Assembly: GCA_949287305.1 (NCBI GenBank)
Contig: CASEFX010000029.1
Span: forward strand, 6,405 to 70,404
From: an uncultured Sutterella sp.
GTDB taxonomy: Bacteria; Pseudomonadota; Gammaproteobacteria; Burkholderiales; Burkholderiaceae_F
Reading direction: 5' to 3'
Length of the DNA stretch: 64,000 bases
The translations under genes were made by a program, and so were the position numbers. The notes below the pieces were generated by a model. The model was given only the letters and a program-made list of their open reading frames with translations, was not told the DNA's origin and did no database searches. Shown here piece by piece: positions 26,174 through 35,609 of this stretch (within the stretch, counting starts at the first letter, position 1; each line of letters begins with the position of its first letter).

Positions 26174-26508
26174 GACGGCTCCTTTGGCTGAATCGTCCCG
26201 AATCGACGTTCGGAAACGATCGTGAAACATGATCCGGACGACCCGGAAGAAATTCCCGATCCGAAAAAAGCGGGAGGGGACTACAAAAGATCATTGTAAA
26301 CGGTGTGCATTCATTTCGTTCTTTGCGTTTCGGTCGATTGGGAATAAAAGGAAACGATAGGATGGCCTTCGATGCGCAGGGGCGTAGGCGGGACGGATTT
26401 TGAGGCATAATGGTCGAATGGACGGGAGTCGGCTCAAGTCCCCGTTCCGCGCGCGGTTTGAGAGATCCCGCGCAGCCTTTCCCCGCGGTTTACACGATAG
26501 ATGCATCT
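26174..26508. promoter_or_regulatory. Central divergent T3SS control region
   Basis: 335-bp non-coding spacer between the starts of the two divergent T3SS blocks. Contains two same-orientation copies of GGAAACGAT (26212-26220 and 26350-26358) and an AT-rich patch around 26281-26345. Confidence 0.55.
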
Positions 26509-26979
26509 ATGAATTTTCAAGAAGCCCTGAAGACCCTCACGAACGAAACCGGCTGGACGATGCCCAAGGCCGGCGCGGACGGGGTCTTTCGCTTTCATCT
26601 CGAAGACGGGCTTGACTTCGCTCTTCATTCTCCCGACGGACGACTGTGCATTCTGACCTCGGACATGGGGGAGGCGCCCTCGGAGAACGAACCCGACTAC
26701 GCGGAAAAGAGCGATCGTCTCGGCACGGTGTGCGCCGCCCTGATGCCCTACGGTCGGGCGCGTCTTTGCGCCGACTCGGGACGGCTGCAGCTCGTGCGCG
26801 ACTTTTCTCTTGACGGCCTTTCCGGCGACGGTGCGGTGCGCGAGGCGGAGGTTTTTCTCAACGAGGCGGCCCGTTGGAAGAAGACGCTTGAGGGCGCTTC
26901 GGGGGCGGCGCCGCGTCCGGCCGATTCTCCCTTTTCGCAGTTCGGGACCGACTGGTTTGCGCCCGGTCTGAAATTCTGA
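26509..26979 (+). CDS. Class I T3SS chaperone (CesT/YscB-like)
   Basis: 156 aa from the ATG at 26509 (MNFQEALKTLTNETGWTMPKAGADGVFRFHLEDGLDFALHSPDGRLCILTSDMG..), a typical CesT-fold sequence pattern. Lies directly upstream of sctC, like yscB. Confidence 0.65.
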   Translation: MNFQEALKTLTNETGWTMPKAGADGVFRFHLEDGLDFALHSPDGRLCILTSDMGEAPSENEPDYAEKSDRLGTVCAALMPYGRARLCADSGRLQLVRDFSLDGLSGDGAVREAEVFLNEAARWKKTLEGASGAAPRPADSPFSQFGTDWFAPGLKF

Positions 26980-26990
26980 GGGGGCGAATC

Positions 26991-28778
26991 GTGATGAACC
27001 GTCGTTTTCTTTCGTCTCTTCTCGGCGTCGGGGTCGCCTGTCTGCTCGGCGCGGGCGCCGCGTTGCCCGAGACGGTCCTCTCGGCCGAACTGAAGAAATC
27101 CTTTTCTTATTTCGCCAACGGACATGAGCTCCGCACGGTCCTCACGGGCTTTGCGAAGACCCAGGGACTTTCCGTCGCCTTTGACGGCGACGCGGTGAAG
27201 GGAAGGGTGAGCGGGCGCTTTCAGCGCGTCGCTCCGAACGACTTCCTATCCGCCATGAGCGAAGCCTACGGCGTGGGTCACTACGTTCTCGGGGACACGA
27301 TTCATTTTTATTCCGCGTCCGACGTTCGCAAGGAATTCCTTACGGTGCCGAGCGGTTCCGCCAAGGCGCTCGTCGATTCGCTCAAGCGATCGGGCTTCGT
27401 CGCGGCGGAGCTCCCCGTCTCGGTGAACGCCGAAGGGAACATGCTTACGTTGAAGGGGCCCGAAGCCTATCTCACGTCGATCCGCGCCGCCGCGGACGCT
27501 TATCTTGCCGTGCAATCCGAGAAGATCGAAATGCGGGTCTTCCCGATCCGCCACGCCTGGGCCGACGACATCGAACTCTCGAGCATGGACCGCACCGTCA
27601 CGGTACCCGGGATCGCGTCGATCCTGCGCGGCATGGTGCTCGGACAGTCCGTGGGCGGCACGACCGTCTCGGGCGGCGCCAACGGGCCGGCCCGTGCGGA
27701 AAGCGTGCCGAGTCTCGGCGCCGAGGGACTCTCGAGGCAAAAGAAGCGCGATGCGCAACCCGGGCCCGTCAACGCGACGCCCGTCGCTCAGGGGGCGGTG
27801 AGCATCATCGCGGATCCGCGCGTCAACGCCGTGCTCGTCTCCGACTTCGCCTACCGCATGCCGTATTACGAAGAGGTGATCAGGAGTCTCGACAAACCCG
27901 TCGAACTCGTGGAAATTCACGCGGCGATCGTCGACATCGACACGAACGCAAGCCGCGAGCTCGGCGTCAACTTCCGCGGCAAGGGCGGCGGCAACTGGCA
28001 GGGCGGAGGGTCGCTCGGCTCGGAAAACACGCCCGTGGGAGGCGACACGCCCGGCATCTCGACGGACCTCTCCTCGGGCGGGGCGCTCCTCTCCACGATC
28101 TACACGCACGGGTCGGACTACTTCATGGCGAGCATCAACGCGCTCGAATCGGAAAACGCCGCGCGCATGCTCGGCCGTCCGTCGGTCCTCACCGTCGACA
28201 ACGTGGAGGCGGTGCTCGAGAACACCACGACCTACTACATTCCGCTTCGCGGACAGGAGGCGGTGGATCTCTACCGCGTGGAGGCGGGTACGGTCCTGCG
28301 CGTGACGCCGCACATCATTCATGAAGGGGGAAAGACCTCGATCAAGCTCGCCGTGAGCGTGCAGGACGACCAGAACGACGCGTCGTCGGGCTATCAGACG
28401 GTGGGAGAGTCGGGCGACACCCTGACGGTGAACCCCATCAAGCAGACGAGAATCAACACGCAGGCCACGGTCGAGGCGGGACAGTCGCTTCTGATCGGCG
28501 GCTACTACTACGAACAAAAGTCCGAGGGCGACAGCGGCGTTCCGATTCTGAAGGACATTCCGATTTTGGGGCACCTCTTCAAGTCGAGCTCGACGAGCGG
28601 CCGACAGATGGAGCGGCTCATCCTCATTACGCCGCGCATCGTGACGGCCGACGGCGACAACGTTCCCGCCCGGGTGAATCAGCCGGGCTTCGGGCGAAAC
28701 GCCACGGGCGCCGACTACGAATGGAAGGCGCTCCCGCAGGCCGACGCATCCGCCGACAAGGCGGACGGGGAGGGCTGA
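26991..28778 (+). CDS. sctC: T3SS outer-membrane secretin SctC (YscC/BscC)
   Basis: 595 aa with a signal peptide and N-domains. Conserved secretin C-domain (..VNAVLVSDFAYRMPYYEEVIRSLD.., ..GVPILKDIPILGHLFKSSS..ERLILITPRIV). Confidence 0.95.
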   Translation: MMNRRFLSSLLGVGVACLLGAGAALPETVLSAELKKSFSYFANGHELRTVLTGFAKTQGLSVAFDGDAVKGRVSGRFQRVAPNDFLSAMSEAYGVGHYVLGDTIHFYSASDVRKEFLTVPSGSAKALVDSLKRSGFVAAELPVSVNAEGNMLTLKGPEAYLTSIRAAADAYLAVQSEKIEMRVFPIRHAWADDIELSSMDRTVTVPGIASILRGMVLGQSVGGTTVSGGANGPARAESVPSLGAEGLSRQKKRDAQPGPVNATPVAQGAVSIIADPRVNAVLVSDFAYRMPYYEEVIRSLDKPVELVEIHAAIVDIDTNASRELGVNFRGKGGGNWQGGGSLGSENTPVGGDTPGISTDLSSGGALLSTIYTHGSDYFMASINALESENAARMLGRPSVLTVDNVEAVLENTTTYYIPLRGQEAVDLYRVEAGTVLRVTPHIIHEGGKTSIKLAVSVQDDQNDASSGYQTVGESGDTLTVNPIKQTRINTQATVEAGQSLLIGGYYYEQKSEGDSGVPILKDIPILGHLFKSSSTSGRQMERLILITPRIVTADGDNVPARVNQPGFGRNATGADYEWKALPQADASADKADGEG

Positions 28779-28779
28779 T

Positions 28780-30300
28780 ATGCGCGCGGCCGTATTCGAA
28801 CTCTTCTCGGGACTGCACGCCGGAGCCCGGATCGAACTCACCGAAGGAGACTGGGTGATCGGATCGGACGATTCGTGCGACCTGATCCTCGCCGACGAGG
28901 GCTTTGCGCCCCGTCACGCCTCGGTCTCCGTGAAGTCGGGCGAAGTCGGCATCGTGACGCTCGACGGCAAGGTGACGACGCTCGAGGGCCGCTCCGTCGC
29001 AAACGAAGTCTGGCCCAAGGGGACGGTCCTTCTTTTCGGAACGGTCGCCGTCGCCTGGGGCGCACCCGACGATTCGGAGGACTATTGGTCGGACCTGAGG
29101 GGGCGCTGGCGCGCGACGCTTCTCCCCACGGCCCCCGCCGCGGAATTGAAGGCGGACGCCGCCTCCGAAGCCAAGGTTTCGCCGGGTGAGGTGCCCAAGG
29201 ATGACGAAGCAGCCGCCGCTGCCAAAGCGGAGAAGACCGAAGAAAAGAGCAAGGGACACGGCGTTCTCGTCGGGACCGCGCTCGTTCTCGCGGTGCTCCT
29301 TGCGGGCGGCTGGACGCTCGCGCGCGACGCGGACCTTCGCCGCTCGGTCGAGGCGGACTTCGCGAAGACGAATCCCAACGCCGTGACGGCGCTCTATTCG
29401 AGCGTCTTCGGGGTAGACGGACTCCTTGCGCGTTTCGGGTGGCTCTCGCCCGAAGCCGTCCCCGAAGAAGAGCTCGTCGCGGGCCTTCGCGCGAAGCTCA
29501 ACGAAGAAGGATTTGCGAACGTCACCGCCCAAAAGGCGGGAACGGGCGTCTGGCATCTGACGGGCCGCGTCGCCAACGACGAAGAGCGGGGCCGCCTTGT
29601 GAAGCTCGCGCGCACGCTTACGGTCCCCGCGGTGCTCGACGTCGACGTCGACACGGACCGCACGGCGCCGTGGCTTGCGGCCTTCCAGGCCCGGGGCTTC
29701 AAGACCGAAGTGCACCTTGAGGGAACGTCGGGGACTCCCGTCCTCACGGTCTTGGGCTACATGCGCACGAAGGACGTGGAGGACAAGGCCTTTGCCGAAG
29801 TGTCGTACGAACTCTCCGCCGATTCCGTGGACGTGAAGCGCAGGATCGTGCACGAAGCGGAAGTGAAGCCGCTTCTCGAGCGTGCGATCAAGGAGCAGGG
29901 GCTCGACGACGTGACGGTCGAATTTCATCCCGGACGCATCACGCTCTCGGCGCCTCTTACGCCCATGACGCGGAACATGCTCACGGCCGCCCTGCAGCAG
30001 GTCGGCCGCACCGTGCACGTGCCGCTTTCCTACGAGTTTCTCCACCGAGAAGCCAGGAAGAGCGCACCCAAGCCGGCCGTCCGACAAACGGCGTCGAAGG
30101 ATTCGATGACGCCCAACTTCCGCGTGACGGGCGTCTCGGGCGGAAAGCTCAAGTTCGTGACGCTCTCCACGGGTGAAAAGGTCTTCGCGGGAGGCCGTCT
30201 CCCCGGAGGCTTCACGCTCGAATCGATTTCTCACAACCGCTTGGCGCTCTCGAAGAACGGCAAGCGAATCAACTATCCTCTGAAGGTGAGCAGCAAATGA
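28780..30300 (+). CDS. sctD: T3SS inner-membrane ring protein SctD (YscD) with N-terminal FHA-like domain
   Basis: 506 aa. FHA-like start (FELFSGLHAGARIELTEGDWVIGSDDSCDLILADEGFAPRHASV), a single TM helix (GVLVGTALVLAVLLAGGW) and periplasmic ring-building repeats. Positioned after sctC. Confidence 0.8.
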   Translation: MRAAVFELFSGLHAGARIELTEGDWVIGSDDSCDLILADEGFAPRHASVSVKSGEVGIVTLDGKVTTLEGRSVANEVWPKGTVLLFGTVAVAWGAPDDSEDYWSDLRGRWRATLLPTAPAAELKADAASEAKVSPGEVPKDDEAAAAAKAEKTEEKSKGHGVLVGTALVLAVLLAGGWTLARDADLRRSVEADFAKTNPNAVTALYSSVFGVDGLLARFGWLSPEAVPEEELVAGLRAKLNEEGFANVTAQKAGTGVWHLTGRVANDEERGRLVKLARTLTVPAVLDVDVDTDRTAPWLAAFQARGFKTEVHLEGTSGTPVLTVLGYMRTKDVEDKAFAEVSYELSADSVDVKRRIVHEAEVKPLLERAIKEQGLDDVTVEFHPGRITLSAPLTPMTRNMLTAALQQVGRTVHVPLSYEFLHREARKSAPKPAVRQTASKDSMTPNFRVTGVSGGKLKFVTLSTGEKVFAGGRLPGGFTLESISHNRLALSKNGKRINYPLKVSSK

Positions 30301-30503
30301 GTGAATTCATCTCCGTTGCCGATGTCTGCCCGACCGGGTTCGCCCGCGAGCAGAAGGAAGTGCGCGACGAAGTGGCGGAAATCGCCTTTCGTCTTCGCCG
30401 CGAAATGGACCGCGGTCTCACGCCCGACGAAATGAAGGTCGTGCGCGAAGAGGCCGAGGCCGCCCAAGCCGCAGAGGAAATCCTCTCGCGCATTTTTGAA
30501 TGA
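30297..30503 (+). CDS. YscE/PscE-like needle-subunit co-chaperone
   Basis: 68 aa helical hairpin protein. ATGA overlap with sctD and immediately upstream of the needle gene, following the yscD-E-F-G order. Confidence 0.6.
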   Translation: MSEFISVADVCPTGFAREQKEVRDEVAEIAFRLRREMDRGLTPDEMKVVREEAEAAQAAEEILSRIFE

Positions 30504-30513
30504 GGAGACAGTC

Positions 30514-30753
30514 ATGACGGACGCAGTGGGATTCAACATCAACACCATGTTCGACCGCGTGGCCGAAACGATCGCCAAGAAGGGCGAAGAGCTCAACACC
30601 ACCTTGAACGGCATGGGCGACGAGATCAGCGATCAGGACATGCTCAAGATGCAGTTCCAGCTCAATCAGTACAACACGATGCTCGAAATGGCCTCGACCG
30701 TTTCGAAGGCGCTTACCGACGAAGCCAAGCAGATCGCGCAGCGCGCGAACTGA
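30514..30753 (+). CDS. sctF: T3SS needle filament protein SctF (YscF/PscF/MxiH family)
   Basis: GAGGAGA RBS then ATG at 30514. 79 aa. Motifs MLKMQFQLNQYNTMLEMASTVSKALTDEAKQIAQ are characteristic of needle subunits. Confidence 0.88.
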   Translation: MTDAVGFNINTMFDRVAETIAKKGEELNTTLNGMGDEISDQDMLKMQFQLNQYNTMLEMASTVSKALTDEAKQIAQRAN

Positions 30754-30775
30754 GGCCGGGTCTTAGGAGAACGAC

Positions 30776-31132
30776 ATGCTTACCGCATCCGAAATCACGC
30801 GCCTTCTCGACGTCGCCAACGCCGGCGTTCAGCGCGGCGAAGTAGCGCTTGCGCGAAAGGTCTATCAGGGCATTCTCGCGGGTCACCCCGACCACGTGCC
30901 GACGCTCGTGAGCCTCGCGATGAGCCACATCGCCGTGGGACAGTACGAAGAGGCCGACGGCATCCTCGGGAAGGTCCTCGAATCTCACCCCGAAGACCCC
31001 GACGCGCTCGCGTATCTGGGCTTGAGCGCCTTCCTTGCGGGCCGCAAGGACGAGGCGCGCGGCATTTTCGAAAAGGTTCCCGAAGGCACGCACGCCAAGG
31101 CGATGGCCGACGCGCTCGCCGCCGAGTGCTGA
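30776..31132 (+). CDS. YscG/PscG-like TPR needle-subunit chaperone
   Basis: 118 aa with TPR-like repeats (ARKVYQGILAGHPDHVPTLVSLAMSHIAVGQYEEADGILGKVLESHPEDPDALAYLG). Lies directly after sctF. Confidence 0.7.
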   Translation: MLTASEITRLLDVANAGVQRGEVALARKVYQGILAGHPDHVPTLVSLAMSHIAVGQYEEADGILGKVLESHPEDPDALAYLGLSAFLAGRKDEARGIFEKVPEGTHAKAMADALAAEC

Positions 31133-31152
31133 GGAGCCGGGAGTAATACGCC

Positions 31153-31611
31153 GTGAGCGGCATCGACCTCGAGGCGTCACGACGCCTCCTTGAGGCTTTC
31201 GAGCGGATCGGAGAAACTCCGGGGGCCGGAGCGGGCGCGACCCGCAGTCCCGTGCCGCGCGAAGTGGCGGACGCCTTCCGCGCGATGGTGGAGGGCGCAC
31301 CGGAGGGCCCCGACGCCGCCGCATCCGCGTCGCATACGGCGGAGGCTTCCCTGCACACCAATGAGACGCAGGGTATCGACGGCGTTCGCCCGACGGACGC
31401 GGAGTCTCTGCGAACGCAGGAGGTCTCTTCGGTCGACAACGCCGCGGCGCAGGGAATCGACCCCCTTCGGGAGACGCAGACCCTCACGCCCACGGAACTC
31501 TATCGCCTGCAGTTTGAGGTGAACCTACACATGATGGACGTCAAGGCGCTTTCCGCCATACGCAACCGGTCGGCTTCGGACCTCGAAGCCCAGTTGCGCT
31601 CGGCGTCGTAA
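31153..31611 (+). CDS. sctI: T3SS inner rod protein SctI (YscI-like)
   Basis: 152 aa with a GTG start. Disordered N-terminal half. Conserved-type C-terminus (TPTELYRLQFEVNLHMMDVKALSAIRNRSASDLEAQL). Located before sctJ. Confidence 0.68.
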   Translation: MSGIDLEASRRLLEAFERIGETPGAGAGATRSPVPREVADAFRAMVEGAPEGPDAAASASHTAEASLHTNETQGIDGVRPTDAESLRTQEVSSVDNAAAQGIDPLRETQTLTPTELYRLQFEVNLHMMDVKALSAIRNRSASDLEAQLRSAS

Positions 31612-31629
31612 GAAAGAAGGAAGTGTGAC

Positions 31630-32412
31630 ATGCACAAAACGGATGCGCCGCATCGCTTCGGACGAACGTTGCTTCTTTGCGCCTGCGCGGCCCTGATGCT
31701 CGCAGGCTGCAAGACGGAAGTCTATCGGGGCCTCACGGAAACGCAGGCGAACGCCATGATGGCGGTTCTTCTCAAAAACGGGATCGAACCCGAAAAGACG
31801 TCCGACAAAGACGGCTACTCGATCGCGGTCGAAAGCGACCGCGTCACGCAGACGCTCGAACTCATGCGCGAGAACAATCTCCCGCGCTCGGAATTCGACA
31901 CGATGGGGAACGTCTTTGCGGCGAAGGGCATGATTTCGTCCGCGACCGAAGAGAAGGCCCGCATGACCTACGCGCTCTCGCAGGAACTCTCGGACACCTT
32001 CTCGCGCATCGACGGCGTGCTCACCGCCCGCGTGCACGTGGTGCTGCAGACGGAAGACCTCGCGACCGGGAAGACCACGCCGGCTTCGGCCGCCGTGTTC
32101 CTTCGCCACACGCCCGACTCGCAGGCGCCCGGCCTCATCGCGCGCATCCGCGAACTCGCGGCGAACGCCGTGCCGGGCCTTTCGCCCGACCGCGTCTCCG
32201 TCATGCTCGTCCCCGTGCGCGAAACCATCACCGTCCCGATGCTCGAAGAAGAGACCGTGAAGGGGAATTCCTCGCTTCTCTACGGTGCGCTCGGCGCCTT
32301 GATCGTCGGGCTCGGCGCGCTCGCCGGGGCGATTGCCCTCTACCTTCGCACGAAGGCCGAAAAGAGCGCGCCCAAGGCCGCCGCCAACGCTCGGGAGGGC
32401 GGGCGCGAATAA
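31630..32412 (+). CDS. sctJ: T3SS inner-membrane ring lipoprotein SctJ (YscJ/PrgK)
   Basis: Lipobox LMLAGC, conserved EANAMMAVLLKNGI and IDGVLTARVHVVLQ motifs, and a C-terminal TM helix. Confidence 0.93.
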   Translation: MHKTDAPHRFGRTLLLCACAALMLAGCKTEVYRGLTETQANAMMAVLLKNGIEPEKTSDKDGYSIAVESDRVTQTLELMRENNLPRSEFDTMGNVFAAKGMISSATEEKARMTYALSQELSDTFSRIDGVLTARVHVVLQTEDLATGKTTPASAAVFLRHTPDSQAPGLIARIRELAANAVPGLSPDRVSVMLVPVRETITVPMLEEETVKGNSSLLYGALGALIVGLGALAGAIALYLRTKAEKSAPKAAANAREGGRE

Positions 32413-32441
32413 AGCGCTCCGCGTAACGCAAAAGGATTTCC

Positions 32442-33161
32442 ATGACGACGGCGCCGACCTTTGAAAGGGACTTCTACCGCGAGCTTCTCGAAGAGAAGCC
32501 CGCGCTTCTCGCCCGCATCGTCGCGTTCAACCGCGGCGGGGCGGCTTCGGCGTCTCCGTGCGTGCGTTTTGCTGAAGAACTCTCCAAAGACGAACCGACG
32601 GACGTCGACTGGGCGGATCTGATCGCCCGTCACCCGGACCTTTGCGCCCTGGCGGCCGAGCGTACGGCTCCCGAGGAGAAGGCTGGGGACGACTACTGGG
32701 GCTTTGCCGAGACGAGCGAGCGCTTCGCCCTCATTCCCGAGGACGAACTCGACCGTCTGGTGCGCCGCGCGGCCGCGGCCGTCTACGGAGCCGAAATCGC
32801 CGTCACCGTCCGAAAGGACGAACGCGAGGCGCTTCGTGCGAAACTCGGCGACGACCTTCTTCGCTATGCGGTCCTTCGCGGACGCTGGCAGGCCGGAAGT
32901 CTCGCCGGAGAACTCAAACGCTTTTGCGCGGGTCTTGCGCTCCCCGACGCGGTCGAGCGGCTTTCGCACTTGGTCGCCGTTCTTCTCTGGGCGGACTGGC
33001 CCGAAGGTCTTCGCGACAAGACGGCTCTGCGTTTTACGCCGCACCGGGAGGCGGTCGGGGACCCGCCCGAGGACGCGCAGCTCGGCCGCCGCGTGCGCGC
33101 CTTTCTGTTGAAACTCATTAAGAGCGAAGGAGACGAAGCGTGTCGAAACCTCTTCAAATGA
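32442..33161 (+). CDS. sctK: Sorting-platform protein SctK (YscK-like), assigned by position
   Basis: 239 aa soluble protein between sctJ and sctL. No strong motif, as is usual for SctK. ATGA overlap with sctL. Confidence 0.55.
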   Translation: MTTAPTFERDFYRELLEEKPALLARIVAFNRGGAASASPCVRFAEELSKDEPTDVDWADLIARHPDLCALAAERTAPEEKAGDDYWGFAETSERFALIPEDELDRLVRRAAAAVYGAEIAVTVRKDEREALRAKLGDDLLRYAVLRGRWQAGSLAGELKRFCAGLALPDAVERLSHLVAVLLWADWPEGLRDKTALRFTPHREAVGDPPEDAQLGRRVRAFLLKLIKSEGDEACRNLFK

Positions 33162-33745
33162 ACCGACCCGAACCCTCGGTGGCGCCGGGCGTCAAGGTGG
33201 TGAAGCGCGACGAACGCGCGAAGCTCCTCGAAGCGGCCGAGATCATCGAGGCCGCCAAGGCCCGCGCCGCGGAAATCGAACGCAAGGCCGAGGAAGCCTA
33301 CAAGGCCCGCTATGAAGCGGGCTACGCCGACGGTCTCGAGGCGGGACGCCTCGAGAACATGGAAAAGGTCATGGAGACCGCCATGGCGAGCGTCGAATTC
33401 ATCGAAGGCATCGAAGGCACGGTGGTCGACGTCGTCATGCAGTCGGTACGAAAGATTCTCGGCGAAATGAACCGCGAGGACCGCATCCGCGCGATCGTGA
33501 AGACGGCGCTTGCCAACGTGCGGGGTCAGCAGAAGGTGACCGTGCGCGTCGCTCCGTCGGACGAACCGGTCGTCTCCGAGGCGCTCGCCGCCCAGACGGC
33601 GGGGTCCTTCCTCACCGTCGTCGCCGACGCGAGACTCGAGCCCGACAGCTGCATTCTCGAGAGCGACCTCGGCGTCATCAACGCCTCGCTTTCCACGCAG
33701 CTCAAAGCCCTCGAACACGCCTTCGGCGCAAAGATTCGGCAGTAA
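33158..33745 (+). CDS. sctL: T3SS stator/ATPase regulator SctL (YscL/FliH family)
   Basis: The ATG at 33158 overlaps the sctK stop. N-terminal charged coiled coil (AEIIEAAKARAAEIERKAEEAYKARYEAGYADG) and a C-terminal FliH-like domain. An alternative GTG lies at 33140. Confidence 0.85.
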   Translation: MNRPEPSVAPGVKVVKRDERAKLLEAAEIIEAAKARAAEIERKAEEAYKARYEAGYADGLEAGRLENMEKVMETAMASVEFIEGIEGTVVDVVMQSVRKILGEMNREDRIRAIVKTALANVRGQQKVTVRVAPSDEPVVSEALAAQTAGSFLTVVADARLEPDSCILESDLGVINASLSTQLKALEHAFGAKIRQ

Positions 33746-33748
33746 GTC

Positions 33749-35065
33749 ATGGCATTCGAATACATCGGACCGCTTCTTGAAGAAGCCGTGCAGACGACCA
33801 CGACGATCGACGTGCGGGGGCGCGTCGAGCAGGTCGTGGGGACGATCATCCGGGCCGTGGTCCCGGGCGTGAAGGTGGGGGAGCTCTGTCTTCTCAAAAA
33901 CCCCTGGGAGTCCTTTGAACTCAAGGCCGAGGTCGTGGGCTTCATCCGAAACGTGGCGCTTTTGTCGCCGCTCGGGAGCTGTCAGGGGGTGTCGCCCGCG
34001 ACCGAAGTGATTCCGACGGGCGAAATCCTTTCGATTCCCGTGGGTCCGGAACTCCTCGGGCGCACGCTCGACGGTCTCGGCGAACCCTTGGACGGCGGGC
34101 CCGCGCTTCGCTGCCGCGAACACTATCCGGTCTTCGCGCCCGCGCCCAATCCGATGACGCGCATGCGCATTTCGAAACCCCTCTCTCTGGGGATCCGGTC
34201 GCTTGACGGGGTGCTCACCTGCGGGGAAGGACAGCGCATGGGCATTTTCGCCGCCGCGGGCGGCGGCAAGTCGACGCTTCTCTCGACGATTCTCAAGGGC
34301 TGCACGGCGGACGTCTGCGTCTTGGCGCTCATCGGCGAACGCGGCCGCGAAGTGCGCGAATTCATTGAAAACGACATCGGGCCCGAAGGGCGTAAGAAGT
34401 CGGTTCTGGTCGTCTCGACCTCGGACCGCTCGTCCATGGAGCGTCTCAAGGCCGCCTACACGTCGACCGCGATCGCGGAATATTTCCGCGACCAGGGAAA
34501 GAGCGTCCTTCTCATGATGGACTCGGTGACGCGCTTTGCGCGCGCCCAGCGCGAGATCGGTCTCGCGGCGGGGGAACCGCCGACCCGACGGGGCTTTCCG
34601 CCTTCGGTCTTCTCGGAACTTCCGAAACTCATGGAGCGCGCGGGCAACAACGACAAGGGCTCGATCACGGCGCTCTACACGGTGCTCGTCGAGGGCGACG
34701 ACATGACGGAACCGGTCGCGGACGAAACCCGTTCGATTTTGGACGGTCACATCGTGCTTTCGCGAAAGCTCGCTTCGAAGGGCCACTATCCGGCCATCGA
34801 TGTGAATCAGAGCGTCTCGCGACTCATGAATTCGATCGTGACGAAGGAACAAAAGAAAAACGCCCAGCGCCTGCGCCAGATTCTCGCGAAGTACGCGGAA
34901 GTGGAACTCCTCGTGCAGATCGGCGAATACAAGAAGGGCGCGGATCCCGCGGCCGACGACGCGATCGCGCACGTGGACCGCGTGAACGCCTTCCTGAAGC
35001 AGGGCCTGGGCGAAAAGAGCACGTTCGAGGAAACCGTGGCTGCGCTGGCGGACGCGGTGCGATAA
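33749..35065 (+). CDS. sctN: T3SS ATPase SctN (YscN/BscN)
   Basis: 438 aa. Walker [15 protein letters not shown], Walker [12 protein letters not shown] and F1/FliI-like motifs throughout. Confidence 0.98.
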   Translation: MAFEYIGPLLEEAVQTTTTIDVRGRVEQVVGTIIRAVVPGVKVGELCLLKNPWESFELKAEVVGFIRNVALLSPLGSCQGVSPATEVIPTGEILSIPVGPELLGRTLDGLGEPLDGGPALRCREHYPVFAPAPNPMTRMRISKPLSLGIRSLDGVLTCGEGQRMGIFAAAGGGKSTLLSTILKGCTADVCVLALIGERGREVREFIENDIGPEGRKKSVLVVSTSDRSSMERLKAAYTSTAIAEYFRDQGKSVLLMMDSVTRFARAQREIGLAAGEPPTRRGFPPSVFSELPKLMERAGNNDKGSITALYTVLVEGDDMTEPVADETRSILDGHIVLSRKLASKGHYPAIDVNQSVSRLMNSIVTKEQKKNAQRLRQILAKYAEVELLVQIGEYKKGADPAADDAIAHVDRVNAFLKQGLGEKSTFEETVAALADAVR

Positions 35066-35077
35066 GGAAATGTGACG

Positions 35078-35575
35078 ATGGAAGCCTATCCCCTCGAATC
35101 CCTTCTTTCGCTTCGGCGCTTTCGCGAAGAGAGTGCCGGTCGGCGCGTTGCGGCCGCGCAGAACGACTGCCGCGTCGCCGAAGAAGCGGTGAAGAGGGAG
35201 GAGGAGGCGCTTGAGCGCTGGCGCGTCTGGTACGCCGAAGAGGTCTCGCGCCGCTACGATGGGCTCATCGGACAGAAGACCACGATCGAAGGTCTCGAAG
35301 GTTTTCACAAGAATCTCGCCCTCCTCGCTTCGGAAGAACTCGAGCGCGAAATGTCGCTCGACGAAGCCCGAAAGCAGGTCGAAACCTCGCGCCGCACGCT
35401 CGAGGAAACGAAGAAGGCCGCTCTCCAGGCCCGAAAAAGCTGTGCGAAAATGGAGAAACACCGCTCCCTTTGGATGGAGGAGGCCAAAAAACTCGAAGAG
35501 CAGGCCCAGGACCGGGCGCTCGAAGAATTCAAACCCGTCAACCGCTTCGGGGCGGAAGCCCCCGACGGCGCATAA
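35078..35575 (+). CDS. sctO: T3SS stalk protein SctO (YscO/FliJ-like)
   Basis: About 165 aa of highly charged coiled coil (LLSLRRFREESAGRRVAAAQ..). Lies directly after sctN. An alternative GTG lies at 35072. Confidence 0.72.
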   Translation: MEAYPLESLLSLRRFREESAGRRVAAAQNDCRVAEEAVKREEEALERWRVWYAEEVSRRYDGLIGQKTTIEGLEGFHKNLALLASEELEREMSLDEARKQVETSRRTLEETKKAALQARKSCAKMEKHRSLWMEEAKKLEEQAQDRALEEFKPVNRFGAEAPDGA

Positions 35576-35609
35576 ACCCCGTATCCCGGAAGGAAGGAAG
35601 ATCAAGAAC

